Shown piece after piece: positions 12,023-29,515 of a DNA stretch of 64,000 bases. Each line of letters begins with the position of its first letter. The stretch's first letter is position 1. Made by a program: the position numbers and the translations under genes. Below the pieces are notes generated by a model. The model was not told where the DNA came from, did no database searches, and was given only the letters and a program-made list of their open reading frames with translations. The stretch is from Anthoceros angustus (Eukaryota; Plantae; Anthocerotophyta): positions 558,001 to 622,000 of the forward strand of contig VJWM01000044.1 of assembly GCA_010909165.1 (NCBI GenBank), given 5' to 3'.

Positions 12023-12467
12023 TGAGGGAATCATCTCTCCCGATTTTGAAGAAAAACCGTGGTCGCAGCAGAAACACCTGGTCGCAGGAGAAACACTGTG
12101 GTCGCACAAGATTTTCGAGTATGTGATGACGCAACAGCCTAGTCCACGGCCAGATTTTCAGCTTCTCACCCAAGAGCCCAGTCCACGGTAACTGGTGCAT
12201 GAGGCCGTCCGAACAAAAACGCGGAACTCTATACATATCTCAGTCGGCCATGCACCCCAGGCACCCACGTTGGAGTTTATAAAATTTCACGGCGAAATAT
12301 ACCATTTTGCGACCCCGTTGTACGGGTGGACGGAACTGCGGACAGGGACGGGAAGCGTTTGCCGGGGCCTGTGGAACGCGCAACGGGGGTGACGGGCCGT
12401 GGAAGCTCGCAGCTCGGTGGGGATATATTGCAGCTGCAATTTGTGTCTCAGACGCATCCTTGGCGTT

Positions 12468-14511
12468 ATGGCAGCAGCAGCAGCAGCAGCCGCAGTGCGG
12501 GCCTCGGGGCGTCTCTTGCTTCCGAGCTGCAGTTTAGGGTTGGGTGGGGCGACGAACCAGGCGGATTGCAGCAATCTTGCCTTCAATGTACGTTTCTCCG
12601 GGGCTGCTGTGCCCTTGAAGTCTGTTTTTCGTGTCGTTGCGGGCAGGGAGCGCATGTGGGAACGCGGAGTTGTTATCTCCCAACTGGGGGTGAAAGAAAG
12701 GAGTGATCAGATGGCCTCTGTGAAGGTGGACAAGGTTAGTGGCTGTGAGATTCGGCAGAGATCTGGCTGAAGGCACTGCTTCATTCGACGCTATGTTGTG
12801 GATTTTAGCTCATTCGTACTGGTGGCTTAGACGTGCAATTGTGTTGATGCTGCTGCAGGGAACTCTCTCCTTCGTCAAATATCAGGGTCTTGGCAACGAC
12901 TTTTTGTTGGTGAGCTGTGCTACTGATGGGAGGTGGCTTTGCAATCGATGTTGTGGAGGGTAAACTGGAGGGCATTTTGTAACAGGTGGATAATCGTGAT
13001 AGCTTGGAGCCGAAGATCTCAGAAGCACAAGCCGTTAAGCTCTGTGATCGTAACTTTGGAGTCGGTGGAGATGGGGTCATTTTTGTGATGCCTGGGGTGA
13101 ATGGAAGTGACTACTCCATGCGGATCTTTAATTCTGATGGCAGTGAGCCTGAGGTTGTATTCCTGATTTGACACACTGTTTTCCCTTCAACCGATTGTTA
13201 TTCTTGGCCAATCGTTGTGATAGAGCTAATATGGGCTGAATTGTGTAGATGTGTGGCAATGGGATTCGGTGTTTGGCTCGATTTGTTGCCGAGCTGGAGA
13301 ACACAACTGAATCTCGAAGGTGCAGCCTTGGGACTCTTAAATGAATGGCATTCACTTTGGATCCACAGTGGGATCAAGTCAGCTTCACCCGTGAGCAATG
13401 CAACTGACAAACTGCTCTCGCTGTTATGGATGCAGCTATAATATACATACTCTAGGTGGACCAATGATTCCTCAGTTAAGAGAAGATGGTCAGGTATGTT
13501 GATGCTGTAAAACTTCGCATGAACTTGTTTGGTTTGCCAGGGTTTAGGCGTTTCAGTGCAATCCCATGAGAGGGAAGTACTTATTACATCCGGAAGTCTA
13601 TCCAACAGGTCTCTGTGGATATGGGGCCACCTATTCTGAACCCAGCTGACATCCCTACCAAACTCCCTGCAAACAAAGATGGCGCAGTTGTTCAAGCGCC
13701 GTTGGTGGTGGCAGGCAAGACATGGAGTGTGACCTGTGTCAGCATGGGAAATCCTCACTGTGTGACATATGGCGAGCAAGGTATAGAGGTATATCCAGTT
13801 CCATCTGTACAAGGCCTGTTATTTGGTGAACAGGATCGTCTTTTGTAGTTTTGTCTAAGTTTTGTTTCTGGCGCTGTGCAGGGTCTTGATATTGATGCTT
13901 TGCCACTGGCAGAAATTGGTCCACTCTTTGAAAAGCACGAGGCTTTTCCAGCAAGAACTAATACTCGTATGGATCTTATTGCACCAGACATGCACTTTAG
14001 TACTTTGTGCTGTTTTCCTTTGCGTAAGCTGCAAAGAGCTTATGGAATCTTTTTTGCTAGCAGACTTTGTACAAGTTCTTTCACGGTCACATGTGCGAAT
14101 GCGGGTGTGGGAGAGAGGAGCAGGTTAGGCTTTTACTTTCATCTGACATGAGCTTAGGCAGGAGGTAGATGCAATCTTGGCTCTGAGGCCCTTACCTTGT
14201 CACTATGGTTGTACAGGGCCTACTTTAGCATGTGGCACGGGTGCTTGTGCGCTTGTGGTCGCAGGAGTGCTGGAAGGTCGCATTGACAGGGTAAGTCAGT
14301 CGGACAGACTGTGTTTGGACGCCTGAATCTTATATAAGTATGTAGCACTGGATGTTTGATACTGTATCTGATGTCCTTTCATTCTTTTACTCAGAAATGC
14401 ACCGTCGACTTGCCTGGAGGGCCCTTGGAGATTGATTGGAGGGAGGAGGACAATCATGTGTACATGACGGGACCTGCAACAGCTGTGTTTGCCGGCAAAG
14501 CCTTCCTATAA
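12468..14511 (+). CDS. DAPF: Diaminopimelate epimerase, plastid-targeted, multi-exon
   Basis: Ala/Ser/Arg-rich transit peptide; [31 protein letters not shown]|MCGNG (catalytic Cys), [21 protein letters not shown] (second Cys), DLPGG, MTGPA; GT-AG introns; TAA at 14509-14511. Confidence 0.96.
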
Positions 14512-15134
14512 TTGCCTGTGACGACAGTCCTGTCTGCTTGATTCTGAGTTTTCGATGGAAAGCGTACATTTCCAATTTTTTCTCACCTCTGTGGTGATGT
14601 TTTCACAATCGTGTGAGGAATCTTTAGGACTGTCATTAGATTTCAATGGGAAGTCTGAAGCGTCAATCAGTACGTTGGGGAGTCCTGGAAGGTTAGCCGT
14701 CCGACGTTGTGAGACCCGTCCTCGTGACCTAGTTGGCTTTTTGTTCCAGATTGCGTATCTAAGGAGCTCTGGGTGTGGACCTTTGTTGAGCAGGACAGTC
14801 ACCGCTTGTATCACCTGTAAGGTAGTAAATGGATTGATATCATGTAGCGTAATGAGAAGCAATCAGGGACACAACTTGAGTTGTAAGTGCCACGTACTTG
14901 TTGAAATGTCTGGTGGTTGCCCGACTCCTGGAAAGCTCCGCTTCATTTCAATAGAATCTGTTGCGCCAGAAGCATTTTGGTCTACTGAGTAACCAGGTAG
15001 GAAGATGCATTGTATTCAATGCAGTAGGCTGTTCGCTGACCTGTTGGATGAGAGAATTCTTCATGCCGTGGAACAGCCCTGGAGAAACCCGGGCAGTCGG
15101 TAGTGCAGCGCGCACCCTGTAAATCTGTTAGTTT

Positions 15135-17360
15135 TTACACAATGAAGTCGTAGCCTTCGTCTTTCATGCTGGCTTTTGCAGCTTGGAGAAAGTTCTGTAA
15201 TGCATGGAGCCTCGAGTCCACGTCCAGCCCTGCTGTACCTCGGGTTACATGGTTGCTTGGTGGTTTCTGCTCCGGCACCTCCATCCCCATCTGTTCCTCC
15301 TCGGGAACCGGCACTGCAGGGAGGTTGGCGTGGAACATTTCACTGAATTTGCTCACACCCTCCTTCTCCTTCTTGGCAAAAGTTGCAAGCCTTTCTTCCA
15401 CCTCCTGCAAGACCTTGAGAGGGGAGTTGGGGTCATCGGAGGGAGCTGGAGTAGTTTGCTTGATGTCAGGGCTGCGCTGCCTGGGACGCGGACTCAAGGC
15501 TGCTGCTTTGGCGTCTCTGCAATGGGTTTCCGCACTCTGTGTAGTCTTCACATATTCTGCCAACTTCCTTGGGCTCATTGACGTGAGATTCCTTGGTTCT
15601 GTAAGTATTGTTCTCTGTCCTTGCTTCGCATCAGGGTCGTCCTTACTATCAGGTCGAGGAGGAATTCTGATTGGAACTCTGCCACCTTGTGATCCTTGCA
15701 GCGGTCGCTCACTGGGGGTTCTCGCTCTTGGCGACAGAGAATCCCTGGAAAGCGGCCTTGCACTGGAGAAGGGTTGGGCGTGGCCTGTGCGAAATGGAGA
15801 CTCCGTGGATGATGGCCTTGTACTAGCTGCGGCAGACGCCATGGCATTCGCTGCCAGGTAAGCATCATAAGGTGAGGCGCCTCTGGACATGTTCCGTGCA
15901 CTCGAGAGGCCTCGAGGTGAGTTCTCCCTGGTGGAGAAAGCAGACGTTTGGCGGCTGCTCCCAGCACTATGTGGAAGGTATCTCTGCACAAGATGGGGAG
16001 GCGAAGTGTATCTGAAGGCGTTGTCCCTCTCTCTTGGTGAAGTTCCGGTCCTTGGGCAAATGGTCCTGGCCTCAGAACCCGTGTTCCTGCCCCGGGGCGT
16101 GTGAGACCTGGTGGATGATGCCGACTTGGCTCTTTCGGGCATCATCTTGCCTGTCCTGGGCGTTGTGTTTCTTGAAGGAAATGCAGACCTGGATCTCTCA
16201 TAACTTCGCTTGGGGTTGAAGGAACGCCCGGGGTGAAGGCTGTGGCTCTGCAGCCTGGATGCGTAGGGGGAAGGTCTCCGGCTGTTCCTTGCACTGGAGG
16301 CCGCAGAAGAACCCCAGTCCCCGGGGTGTGGTGAGGTGCTTCTGGTGGAGTGGTGAGGAGAGCGTGGCCGGCTGCCTCCATACAACGACGACACCCAGTC
16401 CGGTCGTCTGGAAGCAGAGGAGGCAGGCGAGTCCGGGTCTGCTCTCAGCTGCTTCCTCAGGATGTCCACCGCATGCTCCATGTCTCGGATCTGTCCTCGC
16501 AATCTCCTCTCCGAAATTCTGGCAATCTTCACCTCATCCTGCAATGCCATCTTCTCCTTTGTAATGAGCAGAACAGAGTGCTTCTGATGCAATCTCTCTG
16601 CCTTAAACTCCTGCTGCAATTCCTCCATCCTCTTCCGCATGACCTGCATGTCCCGAGCATGCAGCTTCTTCTCCTGGAGCTCTGATATCAGCAGCTGACA
16701 TTTCTTCTTGTAAACAGCAAGGTCTCTGGCAAGCTTCTGCTTATCTTCGTTCAACCCGTCTGCATGCTTGCTGTGGGATTGCACGCCATCAGCGCAATTG
16801 GGACACCCTGTGTGGCCGTGCGGGGGCGCGAAGTTCACCCTGCTCCTCAACTGCGCTTTCAGGTGCGCAATCTCCGCCCGCTGTCTCTTAACCGTCCTCT
16901 TCAAGGATTCGGCATCAGGATGCTCCTCAAACAGGAGAGGCAGAGGGTAGTGCACCCTGTCGAACTCGCCATCGTAGGTGAGAATTAAATACCGCTTGTT
17001 GTTGGCTATCAGTGGCGTCTGCCCAGGCTCAGGAGATCTCCTATGTTTCAGCATCTCCAGATCCTGGTACGACAGAAGCTCCACAAATACCGACTCCGAT
17101 TCCTGCAGTATCGCAGACCGCAGCATGCTCACAAACACTGTAAACTTCTTGAAACTGCCCGTCTTCTGCGTGATGCCTTCAATGTAACGGGCCGTGAAGT
17201 CTCCTCTCCACAGCAACCCGCTGTTCTTCTGCTCCACCTCCACACACAGATGGTCTGCCGGTGTCACCGTCATGGTGAAGAAGTAGGGCTCGTTGTGGAA
17301 CACGAGCTCCATCTCCAACTCGAAGTTCCCTCCTTTACCCATCTCCTTGGCGCCTGTCAT
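15135..17360 (-). CDS. CCDC61: CCDC61/VFL3 centriole/basal-body protein (SAS6/XRCC4-like head, coiled coil, S/R/P-rich tail); intronless
   Basis: LCVEVEQ..WRGDFTARYIEGITQKTGSFKKFTVFVSML..VELLSYQDLE..KRYLILTYDGEFDRVHYPLPL is the CCDC61 head signature; C-terminal VDSRLHALQNFL helix. Confidence 0.9.
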   Translation of the reverse strand: MTGAKEMGKGGNFELEMELVFHNEPYFFTMTVTPADHLCVEVEQKNSGLLWRGDFTARYIEGITQKTGSFKKFTVFVSMLRSAILQESESVFVELLSYQDLEMLKHRRSPEPGQTPLIANNKRYLILTYDGEFDRVHYPLPLLFEEHPDAESLKRTVKRQRAEIAHLKAQLRSRVNFAPPHGHTGCPNCADGVQSHSKHADGLNEDKQKLARDLAVYKKKCQLLISELQEKKLHARDMQVMRKRMEELQQEFKAERLHQKHSVLLITKEKMALQDEVKIARISERRLRGQIRDMEHAVDILRKQLRADPDSPASSASRRPDWVSSLYGGSRPRSPHHSTRSTSPHPGDWGSSAASSARNSRRPSPYASRLQSHSLHPGRSFNPKRSYERSRSAFPSRNTTPRTGKMMPERAKSASSTRSHTPRGRNTGSEARTICPRTGTSPRERDNAFRYTSPPHLVQRYLPHSAGSSRQTSAFSTRENSPRGLSSARNMSRGASPYDAYLAANAMASAAASTRPSSTESPFRTGHAQPFSSARPLSRDSLSPRARTPSERPLQGSQGGRVPIRIPPRPDSKDDPDAKQGQRTILTEPRNLTSMSPRKLAEYVKTTQSAETHCRDAKAAALSPRPRQRSPDIKQTTPAPSDDPNSPLKVLQEVEERLATFAKKEKEGVSKFSEMFHANLPAVPVPEEEQMGMEVPEQKPPSNHVTRGTAGLDVDSRLHALQNFLQAAKASMKDEGYDFIV

Positions 17361-17887
17361 GGCAGCCTTCACCTCACATCATGCCAATCCTTAAGGATCT
17401 TTCGTACCCATCACACATGGCATCCGGCACATCCAACCGATCGCATTCAGCCAGATTCAGAAGCCGACGAGGAAGGAAGCTCAGGGAAACGGGCTGCCCT
17501 GCTTTGGTTCTCCTCAACGGCTACTGCGAGCAGGGCAGGCCTGGCCTTCTGTTACTTGTTCTGTTCAATGTCGCGTGGCACCCAAGTGTGCGCGACTCTT
17601 TAACTGCCCCCTAACCGAACCCTTCAGCTTTCGCTGCCGGACGATACAGATGGTTGTCTTGTGAATTGTGCAGTGTCCAGTGAAGCCAATCTCACACAAA
17701 TAGAGACACGACAAACCACAAGAGGCAAAACGCTTACAAGCAAAGGTTTTGTACAATTTTTTGGGCCGCATAGCTTCCAGCAGAATGAGACGCACAACAA
17801 ATGCATGCTCCCAAAGCACACAGTCGGCCCGTTCAGACTGACATGACATCAATCTCACGAAGCGAGCCACGGCACATAAGGCTGGGT

Positions 17888-18600
17888 TCAGCCATAGCAT
17901 CGGATGGGATCGCTGCATCCCTTAGCGGCTGATTGTTTCCTTCCACCCCGTCCACCCTTCTCCAAGTACTGCTGGTGGTAGTCCTCCGCAGGGTAGAACT
18001 CCTTGGCTGGCAACACCTCGGTGGCAATCTTCTTCCCCAGCCGCTTCTCCTCCTCCTTCAAGGACTCATGTGCAAGCCGCTCCTGCTCAGGGGTATGGAA
18101 ATATATTCCCGACCGGTACTGCGAGCCGACATCATTCCCCTGCAACATACCACAACAGTGAGCACCTCGGGATGCTTTCCGCATGCAGCTGCAACAGAAC
18201 GGGCAGGAGCATAGACGTGGTGGAGCACCTGCCGATCGCGCTGCGTGGGATCATGTTTCTTCCAGAACACATCCAAGAGCTTCTCGAACGACACGTGCGC
18301 GGGATCGTAGGTGAGATGCACGGCTTCCACATGCCCAGTCAACCCGCCGCAGACGTCGTGGTAGCTCGGGTTCTTGGTGTGCCCCTGCGTGTACCCGACC
18401 TCAGTCTGCACAGAGGCGCAACAAATCGTCAGCATGACAAGCAAGCAAAGAACGTGCGAGAACCTGCCACCTTCAATCTGCTGGGCTAGCATCCATCAGT
18501 TCACCTTGGTCACGCCTGGAACCCGCTGGAAAGCAAGCTCCACGCTCCAGAAGCAGCCGGCAGCGAAGGTGGCCTCGTGAGCCTGCCCGACAGGAGCCAT
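17888..18600 (-). CDS. MSRA: Peptide methionine sulfoxide reductase MsrA (no transit peptide, probably cytosolic), 3 exons
   Basis: [21 protein letters not shown] (catalytic GCFW), [18 protein letters not shown]|[40 protein letters not shown] plant C-terminus. Confidence 0.97.
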
Positions 18601-19024
18601 GATTCTGGAAAGGTGAGCTAAGGGAAGGGCGATTGCCAAGAGCACACTTGAAAACAGAAACAGGCAGAAGGGCAAAGCAGAGGGAAGGAATGGACGATCA
18701 GCTGGGGTCGGCACCATCTATATACAAGGATGCTGGAAATGTGTCCTTCCCGCTTGCTTCCACGCTCGGTTCGGTGAACCTGCTGGACTTTGCCTCCGGT
18801 AATGTGACACTAACCGTCATTACCACGGGAAGGTCCAGGAAGGTGCACTTGTCCGGGACCCCGCTACTAAAACGAAGAGGCACCTACGTTGCAGACCGCC
18901 ATTATTTTCCTGGAGTCGTAGACAATGTCGGATGCTGGAAGTTGAGATCAAAATTTCCCATCTATGGAACAGTGCCATCGAGGGGGGAGCCTGAAGAAGG
19001 CTGCATAAATGGACCTCACAACAG

Positions 19025-23857
<4,833 letters not shown>

Positions 23858-25075
23858 GGCACTAGCATCTTCCAACAGGCAACAACATCATTACACTGTC
23901 ACCACCAACCAAAACCTGTGCACACCTTCCTTAGCACATGAAGCAGTCCGGGTTTGAGGGAAGCACATGAGCAATTCAACAAATGGGCTGCTCTATCCCA
24001 CATTCCAGGCAGGACCACCACTCCAGCAGTCCCTAGATCACCTCCTACACCAGCAGCTAAATTACCACATAAAAACACATGCAGGGCCACATGCCCATGA
24101 CAGAAGCAGCCACCAGAGAGTTTGAAAACTGGACGGAACAGATCACCCAGATTAACCCTGCAACCCCAACCCCAGCTACGAAACGCTCATTGATGCTAAA
24201 GTAAGTGCAGCAAGTGCAGGTCTTCGGCCAGAGCAAGAGCAGGTGCAGACGGCAGCAGAGCTGCAGGGCAGCAGCGAGGCGGCTGCCAATGATGTGCTGA
24301 GGCACACAATCAAGGTGCACCCAAGCAGCATGTGATGGGACAGCCGGCAAACGGGGGCAATCGCCAACCCTAATGCTCAATCCAGCAGCGATGAGATGCA
24401 ATCCATGATGCCCCCACCAAGGCAGCACGCCATAGCCCACCCACCGTAAAATATTATCCGCGCATCTGTAATTACGCCAGCTTACATTTATGCTCTCGCC
24501 CACTACCAACTGTGTAGGTAGCCAGTTTTGTGTCCCACTCCACTACATTAGCTACCCATTTCCTACTTCCTATTTACCGTTTAATTAATTCTCCACCCTT
24601 TTTAACTCACCATTATTTGGTACCCACGCTGCGGAAGACTGGACTCCTATTGACTCTCTCTTCTCCAGGTCCACTTCGATTCCGGTCCGCACCTGGAACC
24701 TGGACTGCCCATCCCGAGAAGAAGGTGCCGCTTGCGGCCAGGGCGACGTCCAAGCGGATTTCCCAAAACAAAGTCACGGAGCCAACACGCCATTGAGGTA
24801 GGTCAACCGTTCTTCTTTAGGGCACCGTTTCTTTTTACCCTCTCCTTTCTTCTCACGATAATGCCGCCTTCCGCTGCGACCAGGTGGACGGGTGGAAGGG
24901 TGAGGAGGACCGCTGCAGATCTAGGCAGCTTTTGCGTGTTTGCATTGTTTTGGTAGTTCAGAGGAAGCGGGAGTTATGTAGGAGTGGTACGTAGGAGTGG
25001 TCGGGACATACGTGGACAGGGCGGGGATTATGTTTCTTGTTGTGATCGATGCACCAGCACATCGGCATCGGCATT

Positions 25076-28000
25076 TTACAAGGCATCGAAGAACACGTCC
25101 TCGGCGCCGTTTTCCTCTGCAGCTTTGATGAGACCAGCCTTATCAGCATCACATTCCTCATTTTCCTTCCACTTGCCTTCAGCGGCCGCCAAGGTGCAGT
25201 CCACCACCGTTCTTGTCTGGACGAGAGACAGTGCTTAGAACCAGGGTCCAAAGTGTTGGACCGAGAGCGGAGTTTGGAGCCTTACCTCTTCTCCCATCAA
25301 CAGCTGGATGGCTCCCCGAGCTGCGTGGACTCGCCCTAGCAGTCGCCAGAGGAAGTTGTAGTCCTGCCTGAAACCTTCTGCTAGTTCCAGCTCTTCCTTG
25401 GCCTGCAGCGGGCACCAGCTGAGTCAGGAATCGGAGCCACGGTGGATTGCACCCGGAATAGGATGTTCTGGAGTTTATACCTTCTCGAGGAGGTCGTAGT
25501 TGGTGGCCTCCGCTGGATTCTTGGCTGCTCTATTAGTGAACTGCATGATTAAGAGCAAGGCGCGCTCGTAGGCAGCCATGGGAATGACGAAGAGCTCGTT
25601 TTGGACAAAGCAAGTCTCATCCCTACCTTCCAATGACGCAGATGAACCAGATCAATTTGATTATCAGACACGTTGCATCGGACGAAGAGTGCGTAGGTCA
25701 CGAACCTGACCGTCTCCAAACAATCGTGTGCCTCTTCCAGTCTGCCAAGTTCTCGTAACGCTGTGCCTTTTATTAAGTTGCACACGGCAGCATCATCTTC
25801 CGGTTCATCATATTCCTGGACAGCGCGCACTATGTTGTTAAGCACACCAGGCTGGTTACGGTTAGACGACCATAGAATTACACAGGCTTTCAGAAATTAC
25901 CTCATCTTCGAACTCACCAGCCCCAGACTCGTCAATACCATGAGGAGTACCGGTTGTCTCACCGTCCGCTTGAGGTTCTTTACAGAACACGGCTTCTGCT
26001 TCCTCTATGATCCCAATGACACCCTGCAGTTCTTCTTCAGGCATCTTCGACAGTTGCGGCACGGAAAGAAAGGGATCAGACTTCTACACGTCATATTTGT
26101 TTTCGTCAAGAAGTATGTGCCCGCTTCATGTATACCTGGGGGAAAGAATTCCACAGGTAGAGGAAGGTCACTCCAGATATACGTCCTTGCAGACTTCTGA
26201 CTCCCTCTGGACTATCCAGGCCATGGTCCTTCACCTGCGCCAACATCATGCCGGACATTGTTCACACGAGCTAGCATTCCCAACTGGAAGCCTGCAGTGA
26301 CAGGGGAGCTTGTTGTACCAACCATCCTAGACGCATATTGTTCCTCTGCCAATACACGGCCAGACAAGGTACCCCTCATCAATCCTTGAACCTGCTAAAA
26401 GCCAAAAATCAGTAGGTCGTACTCTGCAGAACTGGTGATCAACGCAGCCATCCCTAAAATTCAGCCAGAGTCCCACGGCAGGAAACATGATTGACGGCGA
26501 GCACTACCTAAGAAGGAAAACGAACCAGAGGTTGATCTTACCCTCGCAAACTTGGCAGCAGCAGCCTCTGCCTCGCCTCTCATAGAGAGACACACTCCCT
26601 GTCACATGGAGTGAAGAGTTAACAACATTACAAGCTTAGCAGGACTCATTTCAAAGGAAGAGACGAAACTTGACTCACATGTACGTACGAGAAGAAGGCA
26701 CGAGACCACACGCTTTCTTGCTCAAGCTCAGCCCAGTAGACCTCTGCATCTCCCCACTTTACCCAAAACAAGATAAGAACTAAAATTGCAAGCAAGCTGA
26801 ACCTCAGAAGGCCGGAGATATACTTCTGACTCGAACCTTGTGACAAAGACAGCAGATCCGCCATTCATACCTTAAGCTGTAACATATAGCCCAATCCGAG
26901 TTCATACACCCATGCGTGGCGTAGCTTGAAGAACTTGGAGTCAGGTGAAAGCTTCAGACCCTGTTTCACACGGGTATGAAGCTCAAGAAAAATGGCTGCC
27001 GAACCACCATGAATATCGGAATAGAGTGGCGATCAGATTCTAACCTCATCAAGGTCCGAAAAATAGCGCAGGGAGCCCTTCAGGTCTTTCTTCAGTCTTT
27101 GAAGTCGCCCCTTATAAAAGCTGCCAATGCCGAGAGGCGGACAGGTCAGGTCATGCACACAGTGGCATCCCCGGCAACTTGATCAACATTGCAGCCTACA
27201 AGTATAGACGCAGTTACCTGAGGAAGAAACTTCCAGGGTACTTCGTATCTAGTAAATCTAGTATGCGCTCAGCTTCAGAGACATGCAGCTCCCGTTCCTT
27301 TCAAGAGGAGAGCAATGTTAGAACATGGATGACAATGACATACTGCTGCCTTGCGATCCATTTCCTCATAAGAGGAGGTCTCAGTAATGGTATGCGGTAG
27401 AAATTGTCACCTGAGGAATAGAGAAGAATGAGGGCAATATTACATGATATGACAAAAGCAGCCTGCAAGCAGCAGCATTCATTTCAACAACGTCCACCAC
27501 CCAGAGAAACTGAAGAGGACTACGACAGTAAAGAAGTTAAAGGTGGATACCATAGCAAGGCAACCTACATTCCAGATACAGAAGACCGTAAGCCTCCACC
27601 TCGAAGACTCTGTTCTATAGCACTCAATCCAGCAGCTCGGTCGCAGGGGAAACCAAGCACGGAGAGCAAACGCAGCAGCTTTGGAGGTAGCAAAGATATT
27701 GCCAAACTAAAGCCACCAGAACCGAGCCGAACAGCTCCAACGTCGTGCTCACTTCTGCTTGCACGGCGCTTTTCACAGCACAAAAAACAGGGTCATTCAC
27801 CACAAGAAACAGTCCTCTCAAAGCTAAATCACCCCCACGGATCTAAAGCCTATACCTGCCGCTGAATTATCCCGTGACAATGCTTGTAGCCACGAATCGC
27901 TTTCCGGATCAACAGCGCTGCCTGGACATCGCACACCACCAGAGGAGTGAAACCAGCATATCAAAAGCTGACGGCTATCCTCATCGTCTGTGTGAATACT

Positions 28001-28714
28001 CACCCTGAAGAAAGCAGCAATCGATTCCTCGAAAAAGCAAAGGACTGCAGACAAGTATGTCGCTTCTGCCTCAATGATGCGGCTGCAAAGCAGGAGATCA
28101 TATGGTTACCACCTCCTCCCTGCAGCCAGCTACAGACGCAAAGCGCGAAAGAAGAATTGCAGACAAAAGTACCAAGTGAGCTCTTCTTCCGGAATCTCCT
28201 CAAGTTTGGGAGAAGGCGACGAGAAGTACCCCATGCCCCAAGAAGCAATGCTCTGCACCCAACCCTGCTTCGGGATGTGCTCTGAAGCCAGAGTCGCAGC
28301 CTCTTGCAATCTTTCCATAGCTTGCTTTCTGCGATCCGACCGCACCACGCCATGCCGACAGTGTACAGAGGGAGGCCGTGCAATTGCGCCAGAAGACAAA
28401 ATTACTCACCTGTCCTCTTCTGTGCCCGTGATGCCAGCTTTAGCAAAAAGTACCACAGCATGGCAGTGTGTGAAGATGGGAACAGAGCCGGCCACACGAT
28501 CCTTAGTTTCCACCCTCTCCTCCACAAACTTCTCAGCGTCATCAAACTTCCCCTGCAGAAAAAGCCTGCAAAGCACAGCCCGGAGTCCGGTAAGCCGCGA
28601 CCCGGGCACAGCACGGCGACGCAGAAAAAAGGCCCCGCCTCCTCAGCATTGCACATACTTCAGCGCATTCTCCGCTTCATCACACGCCCGGACAACTGCA
28701 CTAGGCTTCTCCAT
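25076..28714 (-). CDS. TTC39/IML2-family TPR protein, many small exons
   Basis: GAVRLGSGGFSLAISLLPPKLLRLLSVLGFPCDRAAGL, LLLSYHVIL, EAERILDLLDTKYPGSFFL, AELEQESVWSRAFFSY, LIKGTALRELG, DYNFLWRLLGRVHAA match TTC39 family motifs; GT-AG introns. Confidence 0.8.
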
Positions 28715-29515
28715 TGCAGCTGCTGTTTTGCCCAGGTATATCAAAACTGGCCTGCTACATATCGGCCATCCAGAAGCTCAAATTTGATCGGATTTGTCAG
28801 CATCCCTTCCCGCCTGCCTGGAGCCTGAAATGCACGCCAGTTTGGAGCCAATCTCCGAGCCTTCAATGTCTGGGATTTCTCATCTCGGCCAAGCGACCCT
28901 GCCAGATTCCGCATCCAGAGAAAGGCAGAGACTGCGCCGGGACTCGAATTTGAGATCGACGCGAGCTGGGCGAGGGGCGAGCGCACGCTCGCACGAATGC
29001 GTGGGCTAGCATCCCAGCACCCTTCGGCATAATGAATAGTAATATCCGACCACGATAAGGCCGGAGACGGGAGGAGCCGGTCGTCTCCCTGGTGACCGGC
29101 TGATCGGACAGCGTTGCTTTCTGGCAGGTTGAGCCATGAATTTGGCGCTCTCACTGTTTGGACAGCTTGATCCTTGCATCTTTTAGGCGGTTGCCCAACC
29201 GGATGTATTCCACCAAGCTTTGTCCATGATGGAACAAACGGTGATGAAAATGGAAAAGTTGGTCAGATACACGTCGGATGCGCTACGAGAAAGGGATGGC
29301 TTGAACCTCGCAGGCCCTCGGGAAGAAGCATGATAGCAGTCGTTCGTGGCTCATGCGAGGGTGACATTTCGGCAGACGCACAACCCGCATTACCTAAGAC
29401 CTTACGTGAGTAGACTATTCCTACCATGTGTATGTACATGGTCAATGATATGGTACACAACAGAAAGCGGGGTGCTGCTGCAGATTGACATCACCCGGAG
29501 CTTGGTGCCCAACTT

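Noticed and set aside
13955-14075. DapF RTNT-H-FV instead of RTNT-E-FV across a splice junction
   Set aside because: The splice is canonical GT-AG, this position varies among DapF proteins, and both catalytic Cys are intact.
9378-18600. Horizontally acquired bacterial operon (decarboxylase, dapF, msrA)
   Set aside because: All are plant-type proteins; DAPF and MSRA have spliceosomal introns, DAPF has a transit peptide, and orientations are mixed.
24057-24509. ORFs or uORFs upstream of KDM5
   Set aside because: Low-complexity Cys/Leu/Ala frames expected from CTG-rich UTR sequence; no conservation evidence available.
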